This document shows, piece by piece, positions 15,722 to 18,844 of a stretch of 18,844 bases of DNA (positions within the stretch are counted from its first letter, which is position 1; the number at the start of each line of letters is the position of its first letter). The position numbers and the translations under genes were made by a program. This DNA comes from Promethearchaeati archaeon (GTDB taxonomy: Archaea; Asgardarchaeota; Heimdallarchaeia; JABLTI01): positions 1 through 18,844 of the forward strand of contig JABLTI010000055.1 in the NCBI GenBank assembly GCA_013166835.1, given 5' to 3'. The notes under the pieces are model-generated. The model was not told where the DNA came from. It did not search any database and saw only the letters and a program-made list of their open reading frames with translations.

Positions 15722-17692
15722 TTAAATGTCTATTATTGGTAATCCTTTTTCTTCCAAATTTGGTCTCATATCTTTCTGTCTAACTGTATCTGTTAGTCCA
15801 TAGTCTCTTGTCAAATATTCATGATAAATATCAAAATTAACAGCCATTTTGTTGTATAACATATCTCTTATTTTCAATAACTCATTAGGCAAACAATCTA
15901 CGAAATACTCTCCATTTGAATTCAAACAATAATCGTTTCTATCTAGATATCTAATAGCGAATTCTCCTTTCTTCTTGGTTCTTATAGAGACATGTTTCTT
16001 ACGTTGATCCACTAATCCCAGAGTAACAAGTTTAATCATTAATGAGTTAAATCGCGATGAATAATCACTTGTTAGATAACCAAAATCTGAGCAATTAAAA
16101 GAAATTTGATTTTTAAAATCAAATATATAATCTTGTAAGCGTTTAACACCTGTTGCCCACAATCTACTTATTTCAAATTTCTCTTTTGTAAACTTTCTTA
16201 TTGCAGCTAGAACAACAAGTACTAAATCCTCTCCAATTATTTCTTTCTTCTTAATGAGTTCTTTTCTAATTTCCAGATTTTGTGCTCTCAATTCCAATTT
16301 TAAATTTTGAATTATTTCTTGTGTATTGTTTCCTCTCTCATCGCCGTATACCGCTATGAATGAGCTAGCATATGAGTCTTTTAGTATGCCATTTACAATA
16401 TTTGATTTACTATGTAAAGCGAATGTTACTAGTTCAGATTTATACTCAGTACTAGCTACTCTTTCCTCGAAATCATACACTAACTTAATTGTAAGAGGTG
16501 GAGGTTTGACATAAACAAAATCAATAAGAAAATTAGAGTTCAATTTCTCGTTTATATTCCTTTCAAAAATCATCTTCCTATCTTTATATTTCGTAAATAA
16601 ATAGAAATCCAGTCGTTCTTTTGGTGCTAAATCAAACATTTCTATCTTTACGATTTCTTCCAAGAGTTTGCCTTTTAATGCTCTACTTAGATAATCAGCT
16701 TGAATATCATTTGTGGCGTCTTTTGTAATATTTGATACTAAATCATAATCAGTCCAATTTTCATGTAATTTTTGTATAAGTTGCCTATATTTTGTTTCAT
16801 CTAATAATTCCTTTTTCTTTCTAAGAAAATTCTGTGTACTACACATTAACATTTGATTAGCAACACGATTTTTTGTGTCTTGTTGAATTATCGAAATTAG
16901 TTGTTTTCTCGAGAGCAAAAGATTCTCAACAACAAATAATTTGTCTGGATTGAACATAATTTCAATATTTGAGATCAAATCATCTTGCATGCTTTTTTGC
17001 AGTCTGATCCTAAATGAATCCATAATGGAATAAATGTCAATATTAGCCGGTAATCCACAATGATAATTATCTCGAATAATGTAATCTACTTTATCAAAAT
17101 CTAAATCACCATTGAGTAATGGATAGAGAATAGCTATCGGTTTTGGTATTTTATCTAATTTGTATGCTAGGAAATTAGCAATGTTCATAGGAGTGCAAAT
17201 CTCTTCATCTTTGAGAATTCGTTTCAATTCTTTGTTTTTTCTTATTAGTTTCTGTGTATAGTCATCGTGGGAATAATTCTTACCTGGATATAATTCCGGA
17301 TCTCTTTCGAAAACCCATTCAATAGCATGAGAAAATGGTGGATGGCCTAAGTCATGCAGTAAAGCAGCAATTCTGATGAATTGTAAAGTTTTGTTGTAGC
17401 CATTAGTTACACTGTGTTTATCCTTCAAAATTGATTCAGCATGTTCTTTCAGTTTCTCAATTTTACTGGCAATAAGATACGCAACATGCATTGTACCTAT
17501 TGAATGCTCAGAACGCGTATGGTTAGCCCCAGAGAAACTTATAGATGCTAAACTCATCTGTTTGATATTTTTCAATCTTCTAAAAATATCTGATTCGATA
17601 ATGTCCTTCTCTAACTGTGTTATTGGTATGTTCTTCCATACTGGATCATAAATATACTCAACGAATTCTAAATTTTCTGAAATTTTGCCCAC
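15722..17692 (-). CDS. SAMHD1/dNTPase-like HD-domain phosphohydrolase with a long C-terminal extension
   Basis: IYDPVW, RLKNIKQM, HTRSEHSIG, AALLHDLGHPPFSH and DFDKVDYIIRD. GTG start, 656 aa. Confidence 0.9.
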   Translation of the reverse strand: MGKISENLEFVEYIYDPVWKNIPITQLEKDIIESDIFRRLKNIKQMSLASISFSGANHTRSEHSIGTMHVAYLIASKIEKLKEHAESILKDKHSVTNGYNKTLQFIRIAALLHDLGHPPFSHAIEWVFERDPELYPGKNYSHDDYTQKLIRKNKELKRILKDEEICTPMNIANFLAYKLDKIPKPIAILYPLLNGDLDFDKVDYIIRDNYHCGLPANIDIYSIMDSFRIRLQKSMQDDLISNIEIMFNPDKLFVVENLLLSRKQLISIIQQDTKNRVANQMLMCSTQNFLRKKKELLDETKYRQLIQKLHENWTDYDLVSNITKDATNDIQADYLSRALKGKLLEEIVKIEMFDLAPKERLDFYLFTKYKDRKMIFERNINEKLNSNFLIDFVYVKPPPLTIKLVYDFEERVASTEYKSELVTFALHSKSNIVNGILKDSYASSFIAVYGDERGNNTQEIIQNLKLELRAQNLEIRKELIKKKEIIGEDLVLVVLAAIRKFTKEKFEISRLWATGVKRLQDYIFDFKNQISFNCSDFGYLTSDYSSRFNSLMIKLVTLGLVDQRKKHVSIRTKKKGEFAIRYLDRNDYCLNSNGEYFVDCLPNELLKIRDMLYNKMAVNFDIYHEYLTRDYGLTDTVRQKDMRPNLEEKGLPIIDI

Positions 17693-17738
17693 TTTCCTAT
17701 AATCTAACTAATTATTAAAAATTACAAATATTAATCTT

Positions 17739-17810
17739 CTTTAAATTGAATGCTCTGTTATCATGTACTTTCCCCTTCGAAGTAACCTTTCCGCACCGAA
17801 CTTTAAGACC
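17739..17810 (+). repeat. Dispersed repeat copy R14 (heavily decayed left and middle)
   Basis: ATGCTCTGTTATCATGTACTTTCCCCTTCGAAGTAACCTTTCCGCACCGAACTTTAAGACC aligns without gaps to the consensus at roughly 60% identity by hand count. Confidence 0.65.
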
Positions 17811-17868
17811 ATTTTAATTAGTGCAGTAATCGTTGGATTTTTATAAAAAACTATCTGCTTTGAGTTTG

Positions 17869-18627
17869 ATGTCTAACCTTAAAGAAGCATTAAATCCAGT
17901 AATTAGAATTGAAAATTTAACTAAAAATTATAAATTAGGAGAATTGTCCATTTGTGCTTTGGACAACGTATCATTTTCGGTTGATTCTGGTGAAATGGTA
18001 TTTATTATGGGGCCTTCCGGCTCAGGCAAAACAACGCTAATTAATTTGGTAGGCGGCATAGACCACCCCACAAATGGCACTATAGAAATTATAGGTGAGG
18101 ATATAGCAAAATACACTGATAAAGAATTGACTCTTTATCGAAAGAAAAGATTAGCCTTCGTCTTTCAGTTTTATTCGTTAATTCCAACACTAACTGCTCG
18201 TGAAAATGTTGAGCTCACATTAGAATTAACCCTCCGAAAACGAAGAAATATCAGCAAAATCGCTGAAGAACACCTAACACTTGTTGGGTTAGAAGATCGA
18301 ATGGATAATTTTCCATTTCAACTTTCTGGTGGAGAACGTCAACGCGTTGCTATTGCTCGTGCTTTAGCAAAGAGCCCAGATATTTTGCTTGTTGATGAAC
18401 CCACAGGGCAATTAGATCAAAAAACAGGGGATAATGTAGTCAGTCTTATTCGTAAAATTGCCAAAGAAAAGAAGAAAACCGTTTTATTGGTTACCCATGA
18501 CCATGAACTAGAATGCTATGCTGATCGAGTGATTCGCTTACGTTCAGGTCAAATTGTAGCTGATGATACGAATTCTTTGCTTAGTAGTACTGACGAGGGA
18601 ACATTATCAAATGCTGCAAATATATAA
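17869..18627 (+). CDS. ABC transporter ATP-binding protein (LolD/MacB-type)
   Basis: GPSGSGKT, FVFQFY, LSGGERQRVAIARAL, DEPTGQLD and VTHD. ATG 17869 is preferred over TTG 17833. Confidence 0.93.
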   Translation: MSNLKEALNPVIRIENLTKNYKLGELSICALDNVSFSVDSGEMVFIMGPSGSGKTTLINLVGGIDHPTNGTIEIIGEDIAKYTDKELTLYRKKRLAFVFQFYSLIPTLTARENVELTLELTLRKRRNISKIAEEHLTLVGLEDRMDNFPFQLSGGERQRVAIARALAKSPDILLVDEPTGQLDQKTGDNVVSLIRKIAKEKKKTVLLVTHDHELECYADRVIRLRSGQIVADDTNSLLSSTDEGTLSNAANI

Positions 18628-18844
18628 AACAATTTTCCGAGAATTCCGATTCCAAAAAAGAAGGACCTTTTTATTATTCTTGGTTTTCTTTGTTATCGTG
18701 TCATTTCCGTTAGCTATGTTCTCAATTGATCCTAGTATCAATGCTTCTGTCATTGAAAGCAATGAATCATATAAATTGACATACTTGGAAATGGGTTTTC
18801 AAGGAAATGTTGATGAAGTTCGCTCTAGTGTGGATGATTTGATT
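18611..18844 (+). CDS. 5' part of a probable ABC permease (FtsX/MacB-like), runs off the window
   Basis: ATG 18611 overlaps the ATPase end. MLQIYKTIFREFRFQKRRTFLLFLVFFVIVSFPLAMFSID... fits a permease N-terminal amphipathic helix plus TM1. Confidence 0.75.
   Translation, partial: MLQIYKTIFREFRFQKRRTFLLFLVFFVIVSFPLAMFSIDPSINASVIESNESYKLTYLEMGFQGNVDEVRSSVDDLI

Noticed and set aside
277-17810. CRISPR array interpretation of the repeats
   Set aside because: Intervals are 0.35-2.6 kb and contain whole genes, copies vary in length and sequence, and no cas genes are present.

Overview
This is an AT-rich prokaryotic window, probably archaeal and plausibly Asgard-like (an inference from the RIO1 kinase, TATA-like promoter and gene style, not verified). 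It holds about 20 functionally unrelated accessory genes on both strands: membrane proteins, a toxin-antitoxin-like pair with a frameshifted toxin, a HEAT protein with a basic tail, two bPH_2 membrane proteins, a RIO kinase, an SDR, DUF1028-TPR, an F420-ligase-family protein, an APH-like kinase, an MBL hydrolase, a FlaR-like P-loop protein, a bactofilin-like protein, an Imm5-like protein, a SAMHD1-like HD protein and an ABC transporter. There is also a decayed tRNA-Val(TAC). The dominant unexplained structure is a non-coding repeat family of about 100 bp at full length (core ...CCGAACCGGACTGCTAGCCCTTCAAGAAGAAGTGTGAGTCCTGAGCATCA). It occurs 14 times, always intergenic and always on the same strand, and cuts the window into units of 1-3 genes. 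Three minus-strand genes have their stop codon exactly on the repeat's last three bases. The layout resembles an integron-like gene-cassette array built on a repeat that is not a canonical attC. No integrase, transposase or reverse transcriptase is encoded in the window, so the mechanism is inference only.
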